Assembly: GCA_041695225.1 (NCBI GenBank) | Contig: JBGFRI010000015.1 | Location: 1 to 64,000 of the forward strand | Source of the DNA: Deinococcota bacterium | GTDB lineage: Bacteria > Deinococcota > Deinococci > Deinococcales > Thermaceae | Direction: 5' to 3' | DNA length: 64,000 nucleotides | Part shown: positions 18,714 to 28,178 of the stretch, piece after piece | Position numbering within the stretch: the first letter of the stretch is position 1 | Layout of the letters: every line of letters starts with the position of its first letter | Notes under the pieces: model-generated | Told to the model about the DNA's origin: nothing | Databases searched by the model: none | Seen by the model: only the letters and a program-made list of their open reading frames with translations | Translations under genes and position numbers: made by a program

Positions 18714-19973
18714 ATGCGCCGTTTGTTGACTGTACTTGTGGTATTGCTTGGTCTAGGCTTGGCCCAGTACCAAAACCGTTTGCTGGTAGGCTTTCAGGAG
18801 AGCCAGGCGATCTACCCGGGAGACGGCTCGGTAGCTTTTGGCCCGGCCAGGATGATTGCCGAAGCTCTGGGACTCGGTTATCTGGAAGCCCCTGACCGTG
18901 TATTTCTAAGCCTGGGGAGCCGGGTTGCTGCTTATGGCATCAGCATCCAGGGTGACGAGGCTGTGCGGCTTTTGCAGGCCTACCGTCATCAGGGTAGTCT
19001 CTGGGTTCCAGTGCGGGAACTGGCCCGCAAACTCGAGCTCATTTACCGAACCGATTTTGGAGCGCCTGTGCTGGCCCTGCGGCCCGCTCGGCTTCTGGAG
19101 GTGCAAAGAGTCTTGATCGGCTCGGTCGAGCGCTATGTGCTCCGCTTTGACCGCGATGTGCAGGTGCGGCTTGTGGCTAACAACCCACCACGTCTGGCCA
19201 TGATTGGTGTGCTCGAGGTGCCGGACACACCGCCCGATTCGCCGGTAAGCTTTAGCCGGGCGGACTGGGGTAGCGAGATTTATCTACCCCGAGGGGGCGA
19301 CCCTCCCCGCCTGATCTTCTTACCACGGCAGGTTGTGGTTGAACGGGGCGGCCTCTCCCGGCTGCCCAGGGTGGTGCTGGATGCCGGTCATGGGGGCGCC
19401 GATACCGGCGTAGTGGTCGGCAACCTGCGCGAAAAGGATCTGGTGCTAAGCGTCAGCCAACGGTTGCAAAGGCTGCTGCAGGAGCGGGGGCTCGAGGTAG
19501 TCCTGACCCGCGACTCCGACCGCTCAGTTCCGCTTGTGGCCAGGGCCCAGTACGCCGCTTCGGCCCAGGTGTTTGTTAGCCTGCATGCAGCACCAGGTAG
19601 CCGGGTCACGGTTTTTAGCCACCCAGAAATCCAGACTTTGCGCCTGCTGGAGAGGGGGCGCGAGCTTTGGGCCCGCACCCCAGCTGGCCAGAGGGCCGTT
19701 CTGGAACGGTATGTAGCTGCTCCTGGCTCGGCAGCACGGTTTGCACAGCGGGTGGCGGAGGGTTTTGCAGGCGCTGGAATTGTTGCTAATACCAGCCAGG
19801 ACGCAATGTACGTGCTTTCGCTGGCGGGTGGCGCAGCCATCTTGCTCGAAGTAGGGTTTGAAAAACTGCGTACCCCCCAGGGCCGTGAGCAGGTTGCAGA
19901 AGTGCTGGCCAGAGCGGTATTCTCGCATCTGGGCCTGCCCGAAACTACTACGCCAGGAGGAACACGCCCATAG
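18714..19973 (+). CDS. N-acetylmuramoyl-L-alanine amidase (Amidase_3) with signal peptide
   Basis: LDAGHGG, EKD, LTRDSD, FVSLHA, LLEVGF zinc/catalytic motifs. Confidence 0.88.
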   Translation: MRRLLTVLVVLLGLGLAQYQNRLLVGFQESQAIYPGDGSVAFGPARMIAEALGLGYLEAPDRVFLSLGSRVAAYGISIQGDEAVRLLQAYRHQGSLWVPVRELARKLELIYRTDFGAPVLALRPARLLEVQRVLIGSVERYVLRFDRDVQVRLVANNPPRLAMIGVLEVPDTPPDSPVSFSRADWGSEIYLPRGGDPPRLIFLPRQVVVERGGLSRLPRVVLDAGHGGADTGVVVGNLREKDLVLSVSQRLQRLLQERGLEVVLTRDSDRSVPLVARAQYAASAQVFVSLHAAPGSRVTVFSHPEIQTLRLLERGRELWARTPAGQRAVLERYVAAPGSAARFAQRVAEGFAGAGIVANTSQDAMYVLSLAGGAAILLEVGFEKLRTPQGREQVAEVLARAVFSHLGLPETTTPGGTRP

Positions 19974-20013
19974 ACTGGACAATACCATGGTCGGGGCAGG
20001 AAGGACCTACTCC

Positions 20014-20547
20014 ATGAGGCGATATTTTACTTTTATCAATCTGCTAGGACTGGCGGTCCTGGTTGTGGGAGGGCTGGGCCTGTGGGCCATTCAAGGTGAT
20101 GCCGGCTTTCAGCCGCTCAACCTGCCGGTCACCATGGAAGAACCTGGTCAGCGCACAGTCAAGCTGCATTTTGCCAGCGAGACCTTAGATAGTCTGGTCG
20201 TCGAGGAACGCTCTATACAGGTTGTCGAAGGAGAGTACCTGCTGGGACGGGTGCTGGAGGAGCTGGTGAGGGGACCGCAAATTCCGGGGGCGGCGCCCCT
20301 GGTTCCGGCCGGAACCCCTGCGCCCACGGTATTCTTGCGAGACACAACTGCGCTGGTAGACCTGCCTGCGGTATACGGGCGGCTGGGCTACGGTACTGCG
20401 GGTGAAATGGCCCTGATCTATGGCATTGCCAATACTCTTCTGGAATTCAGGGAGGTGCAGCAGGTCAGGTTTTTGCTGGATGGCAGAGAAGTGGAGAGCT
20501 TGGGGCATCTATCACTACTAGACCCCTTCAAACGACCAGGACAGTGA
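20014..20547 (+). CDS. GerMN domain protein
   Basis: N-terminal TM, L-x-x-GP, I-x-NTL, V-x-FL-x-DG...GH motifs; follows the amidase. Confidence 0.8.
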   Translation: MRRYFTFINLLGLAVLVVGGLGLWAIQGDAGFQPLNLPVTMEEPGQRTVKLHFASETLDSLVVEERSIQVVEGEYLLGRVLEELVRGPQIPGAAPLVPAGTPAPTVFLRDTTALVDLPAVYGRLGYGTAGEMALIYGIANTLLEFREVQQVRFLLDGREVESLGHLSLLDPFKRPGQ

Positions 20548-20842
20548 GCGTAGAGGGTAGTGGGTCAGCTAGAATGCCCCCAGGTGTTCTTTAGGATACT
20601 ACCAGCTTAAGCTATAGGTAAGGACTGCCTGACTCGACATCAGATCACCACCGGTAGGGTAGTCATCCCCATCCATGGCCACTCTGGTGATTATTCTCTA
20701 CCCGAACCACTATGCCACAAAAAGTCGATGGTCTATAGTTGATAGTCAATAGACCATAGACCATAGACTATAGACGCTGACTTTAGTATCCAGCCCCTTG
20801 TAAAATGCCTGCTGAGTTCACGGCCAACCTACGGTCCAGTCT

Positions 20843-23800
20843 ATGAAGATCGAACGACTTATCCTGCAGGGTTTCAAGTCATTTGCCGAACGAACCAGCC
20901 TCGATTTTGACCGAGGTATCTTCGGCATAGTAGGACCCAACGGCTCGGGCAAGAGCAATCTGGTCGAAGCGCTGCGCTGGGTAGTAGGGGCCAGGGCCCG
21001 GGAACTGCGCACAGAGGAAGCCCTTTCGCTGCTCTTCCATGGTTCGGACGGCAAGGCTCCGCTGGGCTTTGCCGAGGTGGGGCTGGAGCTTGGGGTAAAT
21101 GGGCAACGGATTAGCCTGATCCGTCGCCTGGGGCGCGATGGCATCGGCGATGTTCGGCTCAACGGTTCGCGCAGCACCCTGCGACAGGTGGAGCAGGCCC
21201 TGTTGGGCACCGGCCTTTCCCGCAGCGGGTATGCCATTGTGGGGCAGGGGGAGGTGGGGCAAATTCTGCAGGCGGGGCCCGAGGTGTTGCTTAGCTATCT
21301 GGAAGAAGCAGCGGGGCTGCGTGTGGTGACACACGCCAGCAAGCTGGCCTACGAGCGCCTAAAGACCGCCACCCTCGAGCTAGAAACCCGCTCACACGAG
21401 CTTGGCGAGCGCAAAGCTTCGGTGGTGGAGAAAGCCCAGCAGGCCGAGGCTGCCCGCAAAGCCACTGCACTGGCCGCCCGTAGCCTGGCGCTACGCCGCA
21501 GCGTGCTACTGGCCCGCGTCCGCGAGGCCGACCAGGAAGCCAGAGCAGTGCAGCAAAGAGCCCGAAGCATAGAACAAGAGCGCGCCGAAGCCAGCCATCG
21601 TCTGAGCGAGCTGAAAACCGAGAAAGACCTGGCCCTAGAAGCCCTCGAGGCTGCTCAAAACGCCCACAGCGAGGCGCTGCGCCAGGCCGAGGCCCTTAGC
21701 GGCGAACTGCGCCTTGCCGATCAGGAGTGTAATTCGCTCGAGAGTTTGTTGCGCCGCCTGGCGAAGGATGAAAACGAAAGCGAAGGCCGCCTCACCCGGC
21801 TGCGCTCGTTTCCCAAGCCGTTAGCGCCCCGGGAACCAGACCCTTCCCACGAGGTGGTGCAGGGCTACCAGCAGCGTGTACAAGAGCTACAGTTAGCGCT
21901 ACAGACCGAGGAAAATAAGCTCAAAGCGCAGCAGCAGGCCTTCGAGCGCTACCTGCAAGCCCAGGCTACATACGAGGCCCAGAAACTGTCTTACGAACAA
22001 ACCCTCGTCCAAAAATCCGCTTTGGAGGCCGACCTGGCCCGCCTGGAAAATGAACTGGCAGGCCTCCATCAGGGCCTTGCTGCCGCCCGGTCCCGCGAAA
22101 GCGAGCTGCGCGCCCGGCTAAATGAGCTGGTGACGCAGGAGGGCCAGATCAGCAGCGACGCCCGCGCCGCCCTTGCCGAGGCCCGGCGTCTTGAGGCCAT
22201 GCTTCGTTCGGGCGCCGACCTGGCCGAGGGGCCCAAACGGGCGCGTGACGCGGGAATCCCTGGCTTAATCGGAGTAGTGGCAGATTTAGTGCAGGTGCCC
22301 GCGGGCCTGGAACTGGCCATAGAAGTGGCCATGGGAGGGCGTATGCAGTGGGTGCTGGTCCAGGACGAGCAGGCGGCCCAGGCTGCCGTACAACACCTCA
22401 AACAGCACGGTGGCCGGGCCACCTTTCTGCCCCGAACTCTTCTGCGGAACTTCCAAGAGCGAGAACGCAACTGGGCCGCTCAAGCCGGCGTGGTAGGAGT
22501 GGCCCGCCACCTGGTGCAGTTACCAGCCTGCCCCGAGGCCTTGCCAACCTTGTTGAGCGAGACCCTGGTGATCGAAAACCTGGATGCAGCCCTGGCACTG
22601 CTGCGCCAGCACCACAGCCACCCCCGCATGGTGACGCTGGAGGGTGAGCTTCTGGAGACCAGCGGGGCCATAACCGGCGGACGGGTGCAGCGGGGCGGGC
22701 AGATGCTCTCGCTACGCCGCCGCTACCAGCAGACCCAGGCCGATGCCCTGCGCCTGGAGGCCGAGGCGCGGGCCCTACACACCCAGACCGAAAACTTGCG
22801 GGCCGAACTCACAGGGCTAAATCTACCGGGCCTCCTGCGCCATCAGGCCGAGCTGGGTTACGAGCATAAAGCAGTCAAAACCAGCCTTTCCCGCCTATCA
22901 CTATCCCCAGCGGCCCAGCCTCCCCAGCCGGTTCCGGCTCCACAGCCCGACTACTTGCAGGCACTGCAAAACGAGCGTGATGTTGTGGGCGCACAGCTGG
23001 CCCAGCAGCGCGAGACTGCTGAGCAGTGGCGACGCTACCGTGAAGACCAGGAACGCTTTTTGGATGCTGAAAGGCAGATGGAGGAGCTAGAAACTCGTTT
23101 GCAGAGCTTACGTGCGGAGCAAGCCGAGCTGGAGGAAAAGTTACTAGCTACTCAGGTGCGCAAGGTTGAACTCGAGCAGACGCAGGACAGCCTGAACCTG
23201 CGTCACCTGGAAGGGGCCTTGCACACCGCTCGTGAGCATACCCAGGCCTTGTCGGAGGAAGAAACCCGGCTGGTTGGACGCACCAACCAGCTCTTGGCCG
23301 AGCTCGAGTCACTCCACCTGACCCAGGCCCGCCGCGAGGCTACCATCGAGACCCTGCTGGCCGAGCTGCAAAATATTCCCCCTGGCCCGGCTGAGGAGGG
23401 CTCGGCCCGCAGCCTGGCCCGCGCCCTTGCCGAAACCGAGACCGAACTGGAAGCCCTGGGCCCCGTCAACCACCTGGCCGAGCAGGAATACGCCCTTCTG
23501 GCCCAGGACATCCAGAAGCTGGAAGCGGCCTTGCAGGAGTCAGAGACCGCGGTGCAGAAGCTCGAGGCCGAGCTTCGACAGGTCGAGTCCGAATACCACC
23601 AGCGGATGCAGCAGGTGTATGGCGCGTTCAAGGAAAAGTTTGCCCACTATGCCAGAGCTCTACTAGACGCTGAAGTAGAGATAGGGCACACCCACCACGG
23701 CCTGGATCTGGTGCTCAAGCCTGCCGGTAAGCGCACCGTTCAGCTTAACCTGCTTTCGATGGGCGAGCGGACCATGGGGGCCCTGGCCTTTTTGTTTGCC

Positions 23801-24070
23801 TTATCGGAAGTAGGGGAGGGCATCACCGCGGGAAGTGGAGGGTTACCTATCGCCATCCTGGACGAAGTAGATGCCCCCCTGGACGAGGCCAATATCCAGC
23901 GCTTTTGCCGCTTCTTGCAGCACTTCAAGGCCCAGACCCAGTTCATTCTGGTCACCCATCAGAAACGCACCATGGAAGCCTGCGATGCCCTCTATGGCGT
24001 GACCACCGACAGAGGCAGCAGCCGGGTTTTTAGCATCAAGCAGGATGAGCAAGTCTTGACTCCGTACTAA
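20843..24070 (+). CDS. smc: Chromosome segregation protein SMC
   Basis: GFKSF, GPNGSGKSN Walker A, hinge GRATFLP, LS-x-GE signature, LDEVDAPLD. Confidence 0.96.
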   Translation: MKIERLILQGFKSFAERTSLDFDRGIFGIVGPNGSGKSNLVEALRWVVGARARELRTEEALSLLFHGSDGKAPLGFAEVGLELGVNGQRISLIRRLGRDGIGDVRLNGSRSTLRQVEQALLGTGLSRSGYAIVGQGEVGQILQAGPEVLLSYLEEAAGLRVVTHASKLAYERLKTATLELETRSHELGERKASVVEKAQQAEAARKATALAARSLALRRSVLLARVREADQEARAVQQRARSIEQERAEASHRLSELKTEKDLALEALEAAQNAHSEALRQAEALSGELRLADQECNSLESLLRRLAKDENESEGRLTRLRSFPKPLAPREPDPSHEVVQGYQQRVQELQLALQTEENKLKAQQQAFERYLQAQATYEAQKLSYEQTLVQKSALEADLARLENELAGLHQGLAAARSRESELRARLNELVTQEGQISSDARAALAEARRLEAMLRSGADLAEGPKRARDAGIPGLIGVVADLVQVPAGLELAIEVAMGGRMQWVLVQDEQAAQAAVQHLKQHGGRATFLPRTLLRNFQERERNWAAQAGVVGVARHLVQLPACPEALPTLLSETLVIENLDAALALLRQHHSHPRMVTLEGELLETSGAITGGRVQRGGQMLSLRRRYQQTQADALRLEAEARALHTQTENLRAELTGLNLPGLLRHQAELGYEHKAVKTSLSRLSLSPAAQPPQPVPAPQPDYLQALQNERDVVGAQLAQQRETAEQWRRYREDQERFLDAERQMEELETRLQSLRAEQAELEEKLLATQVRKVELEQTQDSLNLRHLEGALHTAREHTQALSEEETRLVGRTNQLLAELESLHLTQARREATIETLLAELQNIPPGPAEEGSARSLARALAETETELEALGPVNHLAEQEYALLAQDIQKLEAALQESETAVQKLEAELRQVESEYHQRMQQVYGAFKEKFAHYARALLDAEVEIGHTHHGLDLVLKPAGKRTVQLNLLSMGERTMGALAFLFALSEVGEGITAGSGGLPIAILDEVDAPLDEANIQRFCRFLQHFKAQTQFILVTHQKRTMEACDALYGVTTDRGSSRVFSIKQDEQVLTPY

Positions 24071-24087
24071 AGTACAGAGTTTATATT
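24056..24087 (+). promoter_or_regulatory. MerR-type promoter/operator
   Basis: -35 TTGACT (24056-24061); dyad ACTCCGTAC-taaa-GTACAGAGT (24059-24080, 8/9 paired); -10 TATATT (24082-24087); 20-bp spacer. Confidence 0.88.
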
Positions 24088-24109
24088 ACACTGGAAAGGA
24101 GATGCGCCA

Positions 24110-24229
24110 ATGGAAGAAAAGAGGAAATGCTGTGAGCAGTGCAAGTGCGATGGATGCCCGTGCAACTCGGACTCCTGCAACTGCGGCTGCGGTTGTGGAT
24201 GCAGCTGCGCCTGCTGCCAGAAGAAGTAG
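24110..24229 (+). CDS. Metallothionein-like peptide MEEKRKCCEQCKCDGCPCNSDSCNCGCGCGCSCACCQKK (39 aa, 14 Cys)
   Basis: Translated by hand; AAAGGAG RBS 8 nt upstream; CC/CxC/CxxC motifs, no aromatic residues; sits between a MerR operator and merR. Confidence 0.87.
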   Translation: MEEKRKCCEQCKCDGCPCNSDSCNCGCGCGCSCACCQKK

Positions 24230-24233
24230 GGCC

Positions 24234-24641
24234 TTGACCATTGCCAGAGTAGCAGCGGCGGCTGGGGTCGGGGTCGAGACGGTTCGATTTTACGAGCGCG
24301 AGCGACTTATCACCCAACCCCCTCGCCCTGCTACCGGTTATCGCATTTACCCGTTCGACACGGTCAATCGGATCAGGTTTATTCGGCACTGTCAGGAGCT
24401 GGGCTTCACCCTAAAAGAAACCCGCGAACTGTTGCGATTGAACGACGAGGGTGCGGACTGCGAGCGTGCCTGTGGGCAAGTTGCGGAGAAAGTTTACCAT
24501 CTCGATCAGCGTATTGCCGCCATGACTCGCCTAAGAGACAATCTAAAATTGCTGCTGGGCCATTGCCCCGAGGGACACTGCCTGATCATGAAGGAACTAA
24601 ACCTTGCCGGCGGTTGCAGCCCTGAGTGCAGCAGGTGCTAA
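24234..24641 (+). CDS. MerR-family heavy-metal-responsive regulator (TTG start)
   Basis: TIA-x-VA-x-x-x-GV-x-VETVRFYE HTH, GYR-x-Y, LGFTL-x-E; Cys in ADC and CPEGHC; extra C-terminal C-x3-C-x2-C. Confidence 0.9.
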   Translation: MTIARVAAAAGVGVETVRFYERERLITQPPRPATGYRIYPFDTVNRIRFIRHCQELGFTLKETRELLRLNDEGADCERACGQVAEKVYHLDQRIAAMTRLRDNLKLLLGHCPEGHCLIMKELNLAGGCSPECSRC

Positions 24642-24835
24642 ACCATCTGGATGACATGCCGATAGCCACAGACTGTGGATGCGCCGAGCTCAACCCCTCA
24701 TTACCAGCGTGTGCCACGTGACCCTCGAAGGTTTCAACCGCACTTTGTGTCACGCATGGTGTAGACCCTGTCATCTTCGGCCATGCTGATGATTAATCCA
24801 TCCTGGCCTCAAGTGTTCGACCCTCAACCTGTTCA

Positions 24836-25882
24836 TTAGCCCTCGAGCTTATCCACGAGTTCAAAAAGTCCTTCCAGGTTCATCTTGGCATAGATGGCGC
24901 TGGTATTGACGTTGGTGTGGCCCAGTAGCCTGGCAGTAGCGTGCAGGTCACGGCTGACTGTGTAGAAGCGGGTTCCCGCAGTGTGCCGCAGCAGGTGGGC
25001 TCCGTAGTAGCGCTTGGGAAAGCCCAGGCTTCGGTAGTGGTAGTTGAGGGTTTTACGTAGCGTCCTGTCAGTCATAGCCCGGCCACTAGCCTTGCGCCCA
25101 CCCAGGTTGACCAGGACCGCCCTTTCACCGGGTGCGGCGTGAGCCAGCCTGAGCTTGAGCCAGTCCTGAATTTCTCGCACTAAAGACCTGGATATGGGAA
25201 CCGAGCGTTGCTTTCCACCCTTGCCCGCCCGCACCAGCAGCAGGCGCTCGGCCAGGCTAAGGTCTTCTAGCCGCAACAGAATAACCTCGCTTATGCGCAG
25301 CCCAGCTTCAGCCATCAGCCTGATGGCAAGGCGGTCCCGGCGTGTCTGGGGGTCTGAGTCGGACAAATGTTCCAAAAGCCGCTTGTACAGGTCGAGGGGC
25401 AGAGCGGGACGGCGCTCCTCCGGGGGTGTGGGGTCGTGTGGCGAGCTAACCTGGGGAAGCTGGGCTGCACCGGCCCACTCTAAGGCCCGGTAAAAGGCCC
25501 GCACTCCGGCAACATAGGTGGCAATAGAGCCTGGCTTTAGCCGGAGTCCGACAGAGCCCTCGAGGTTCCCGCCTTCAGTCTGCAAACGGGTGATGTAGCG
25601 GTCAAGGTCATCGGGGCTGGCACGCAGGATGTCGAGCGAGTGAGTGTCGGACCAGGCCCAGGCCAGGTAGTCCCGCACTGCCAGCCTGTAGCTCTGAAGT
25701 GTACGCAGGCTCAAGGTGGCCCGTTTGCGGCCTTTGAGCACCAGGTAGGCCTGGAGAAGCTCGAGTAAAGCCGAGACATCGCGCTCATGCGCAGCCTGGA
25801 TAGCCAGCAGGCGGCGCTTGGCGGGGTTGTGCCAGCTAGGCAATGGTACAAGCATCGATTGGGCGCCGTCACCTTCGGCCAT
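24836..25882 (-). CDS. Tyrosine recombinase/integrase (start may be the ATG at 25855)
   Basis: GLRISE (R), GKGGK-x-R (K), HLLRH, LLGH and catalytic Y in SAIYAK are all present. Confidence 0.92.
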   Translation of the reverse strand: MAEGDGAQSMLVPLPSWHNPAKRRLLAIQAAHERDVSALLELLQAYLVLKGRKRATLSLRTLQSYRLAVRDYLAWAWSDTHSLDILRASPDDLDRYITRLQTEGGNLEGSVGLRLKPGSIATYVAGVRAFYRALEWAGAAQLPQVSSPHDPTPPEERRPALPLDLYKRLLEHLSDSDPQTRRDRLAIRLMAEAGLRISEVILLRLEDLSLAERLLLVRAGKGGKQRSVPISRSLVREIQDWLKLRLAHAAPGERAVLVNLGGRKASGRAMTDRTLRKTLNYHYRSLGFPKRYYGAHLLRHTAGTRFYTVSRDLHATARLLGHTNVNTSAIYAKMNLEGLFELVDKLEG

Positions 25883-26160
25883 GTGATTCTCCAGTCTGTG
25901 GGCAGTATAGATTAATCTTGTTCATCCTTGGCCATCCTCATGGGCTAGCGCGCTTGGTCGAAGGTTGAAAGACAAATGTCGAAGGCCAAAACCCGAGACC
26001 GTCGCAAACCTTCGACCTTCGACTATAGACCTATTAATCATCTCGTCGGTCGCTCTGGTAACGAGTCTATAACAAATGCGTGCTTAGAGTTATAAGCACG
26101 CATTTGATCTACGCTTTGCATATCCTGCACTTTTCCTTCCAGTGCATCGTACCTGGCGCT

Positions 26161-26475
26161 CTAAAGGCCGAACTTTGCCGCCCGCACTACTTCCACATCC
26201 TGCAGATATGCAAACCCGGCGTAGTTGGTAAAGAATTTGTTTATAACTGCCTCGACTATTGCTTTGGCCACTGGCTCACTTGCAACTACCTCTACTCGCA
26301 CATTTTCGTAGATATTTGCGAAGCCGGTCCCGGCCCGGAGGCCTCGGTTTCCTTTGCCTTTGACACCTTGCAGTGTATAGCCGGGCGCTCCAAGCCTGGT
26401 AATTAACTCTATCACCGCGTCTGCTATGGTGGTCTCGGTAATGATCACTACCTGTTTGGCCTTATGGAACTCCAT
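26161..26475 (-). CDS. PII-like protein, SbtB-like (copy 2)
   Basis: IITE...GA-x-GYT...GKG-x-RG-x-R...RVEV...FF-x-NYAG...VEV-x-R pattern. Confidence 0.82.
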   Translation of the reverse strand: MEFHKAKQVVIITETTIADAVIELITRLGAPGYTLQGVKGKGNRGLRAGTGFANIYENVRVEVVASEPVAKAIVEAVINKFFTNYAGFAYLQDVEVVRAAKFGL

Positions 26476-26991
26476 ATCTCACCCCATGATTGGTTTTTGT
26501 GCTTATACCAGCCCTTCAATAATAATGCAAGTCAGAGGCCAGCCGACTATTCTTCTCATCTGGGCCTGGCTACGCCTGTTTGTAGCTGCTACTGTCCTCC
26601 TGAGACAGGCGTTCACCTATACCGACCGGGCAGATGGCTAAGGGCCTACTCAGCATACAAATGGGAGCAGGAGCACATCAACTGGTTTTAGCCTATGAGC
26701 CTCAACCGCTCGACCTGCGGGCGTGTACTTCAAGGCCAGGTCTGCTGGCCAGATGGAGCTGCAAGCGTAGCGACCAGCATCCCACCTACGCCGATCTACC
26801 ATAGTCTAAAGCTCTCCCCCTGGTACGCCCGAACCCGACCGTTGACCCTGCTTCGGCTTTAGCAGCACCGTCCAGTTGCTGGCATTGCCAACAGGTATTA
26901 CATAATTGCAGACAACCCGGTTTTGTATTGCGGCTCGGGGGCTTTGCAGAATCTGGCCCGCTAGGCGAGTTCTTTTTGCGCAACCCAGAGC

Positions 26992-27306
26992 CTAAATACC
27001 CGTGAATAGTAGGTCAATCGCAGCCACAATGGCCTGCCGGTGTTCGCCAGCATTTCCAACCCTTCCGCCCAGGTCAGATCTGGCAATGCTGGCCATTTGT
27101 CCCGTTACTGCCAGGTATTCTGTGCCCTGTACGGTGATGGTGGGCATCAATACGCTGATGGCTTTCTCAACGAAAGCCGCTTTGGGAGCTAGCGGGATAA
27201 CCACCCTGGTCTGCATCCCCGATAACAGATCGGCCTGCGCGTCCAGCAGCAAGGGAAACCGGCCCTTACTCGCTTGGTTCTTGTTCTGGTACAGGTCGAA
27301 TTGCAT
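26992..27306 (-). CDS. ccdB: CcdB-like toxin
   Basis: MQFD-x-Y-x-N...LLD-x-Q-x-DLL...TRVVIPL...AID-x-LF-x-GI pattern. Confidence 0.85.
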   Translation of the reverse strand: MQFDLYQNKNQASKGRFPLLLDAQADLLSGMQTRVVIPLAPKAAFVEKAISVLMPTITVQGTEYLAVTGQMASIARSDLGGRVGNAGEHRQAIVAAIDLLFTGI

Positions 27307-27551
27307 TAGAACGACCTCAGCCCCACGCTAAAGGTGCCAGCCTCGTCAACATCGGCGTTGTAGGCTTTGATGGCTTGCTGGTTCTCTGCGAGCCAGGCCT
27401 TGGCCCTGAGCCTGCGCACCTCCTTGGCCAGAGCCTGTTCAAAAACTGCCGAGAGGTTGACTTCTAGCGCCCTGGCCTGGGACAAAAGGTCGCTATTGAC
27501 GGTGAGGTTGGTAGGTTTTTTGGGAGCCGAGATATCATATGTAGTCTTCAT
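27306..27551 (-). CDS. ccdA: CcdA-like antitoxin
   Basis: KKPTNLTVNSDLL...NLS...W-x-x-EN-x-x-AI-x-x-YN...RSF; stop overlaps the ccdB start. Confidence 0.88.
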   Translation of the reverse strand: MKTTYDISAPKKPTNLTVNSDLLSQARALEVNLSAVFEQALAKEVRRLRAKAWLAENQQAIKAYNADVDEAGTFSVGLRSF

Positions 27552-27557
27552 ATGTAT

Positions 27558-27586
27558 AGTATATGCGCATACTTGACGCCTGTCAA
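27558..27586 (-). promoter_or_regulatory. Consensus sigma70 promoter of ccdAB (leaderless), with a palindrome over the -35
   Basis: TTGACA-17 bp-TATACT, 6 nt before the ATG; TTGAC-N4-GTCAA dyad at 27573-27586. Confidence 0.8.
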
Positions 27587-27835
27587 CTCACAATTAAAGC
27601 ACCTAGAAGCCAGTCCTTGGCCAAAAAACCCAGGTGTGTACTATCGCCCAGCTAACCTTCAAGCTCGAGGCCTGGCCCAGCTGCGAGATAAGTCGCTTTA
27701 ACAGAGGCGGCTGCTCTGCATTTAGTCCTTAACCCAATGCGCGGCCTCCCCCACCATTACTGCAAAATGCGCAGGTGTCCTCGCAAAGCTATTTAGCTCA
27801 TTTATCTTGCTCGAGGTCGTGGGCAGTCTCCGTTA

Positions 27836-28165
27836 TTAGGTATTACTTAGTAAGAGTCCGTACTTGGCCGCACGAATGACTTCCACCTCGTGTAGATATA
27901 CAATGCCGGCATAATTGTCAAAAAACTCTTGCGCGACAGACTCGGCTATGGCCCTGGCTACTTTCTCGTTTGCAATAACCTCAACCCGCATATTTTTATA
28001 AATGTTGCTAAAGCCAGTACCAGCCCTGACGCCCCGCTCGCCTTTGCCAGTAACACCCTGCAGGGTATAACCCGGTGCCCCAAGCCGGGTTATCAGCTCA
28101 ATTACGGAGTCAGCTATTACCGCCTCGGTAATGATAACTACCTGTTTGGCTTTGTGAAACTCCAT
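27836..28165 (-). CDS. sbtB: PII-like protein, SbtB-like (copy 1)
   Basis: Same motifs as copy 2; immediately downstream of the sbtA-like gene. Confidence 0.8.
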   Translation of the reverse strand: MEFHKAKQVVIITEAVIADSVIELITRLGAPGYTLQGVTGKGERGVRAGTGFSNIYKNMRVEVIANEKVARAIAESVAQEFFDNYAGIVYLHEVEVIRAAKYGLLLSNT

Positions 28166-28178
28166 ATTTCTCACCTCG

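Noticed and set aside
24102..24233. 44-aa N-terminal extension of MerR shown in the ORF track
   Set aside because: It is an Ala-rich off-frame reading of the Cys-rich ORF. The 24102 ATG abuts the RBS, while 24110 is properly spaced and the MerR HTH begins at 24234.
26476..26990. Short ORFs or gene remnant between the second sbtB and ccdB
   Set aside because: No recognisable protein motif or RNA structure could be supported.
24836..27830. Integron (IntI plus cassettes)
   Set aside because: The recombinase lacks the IntI-specific insertion before HxxR, and I found no convincing attC sites (RYYYAAC...GTTRRRY dyads).
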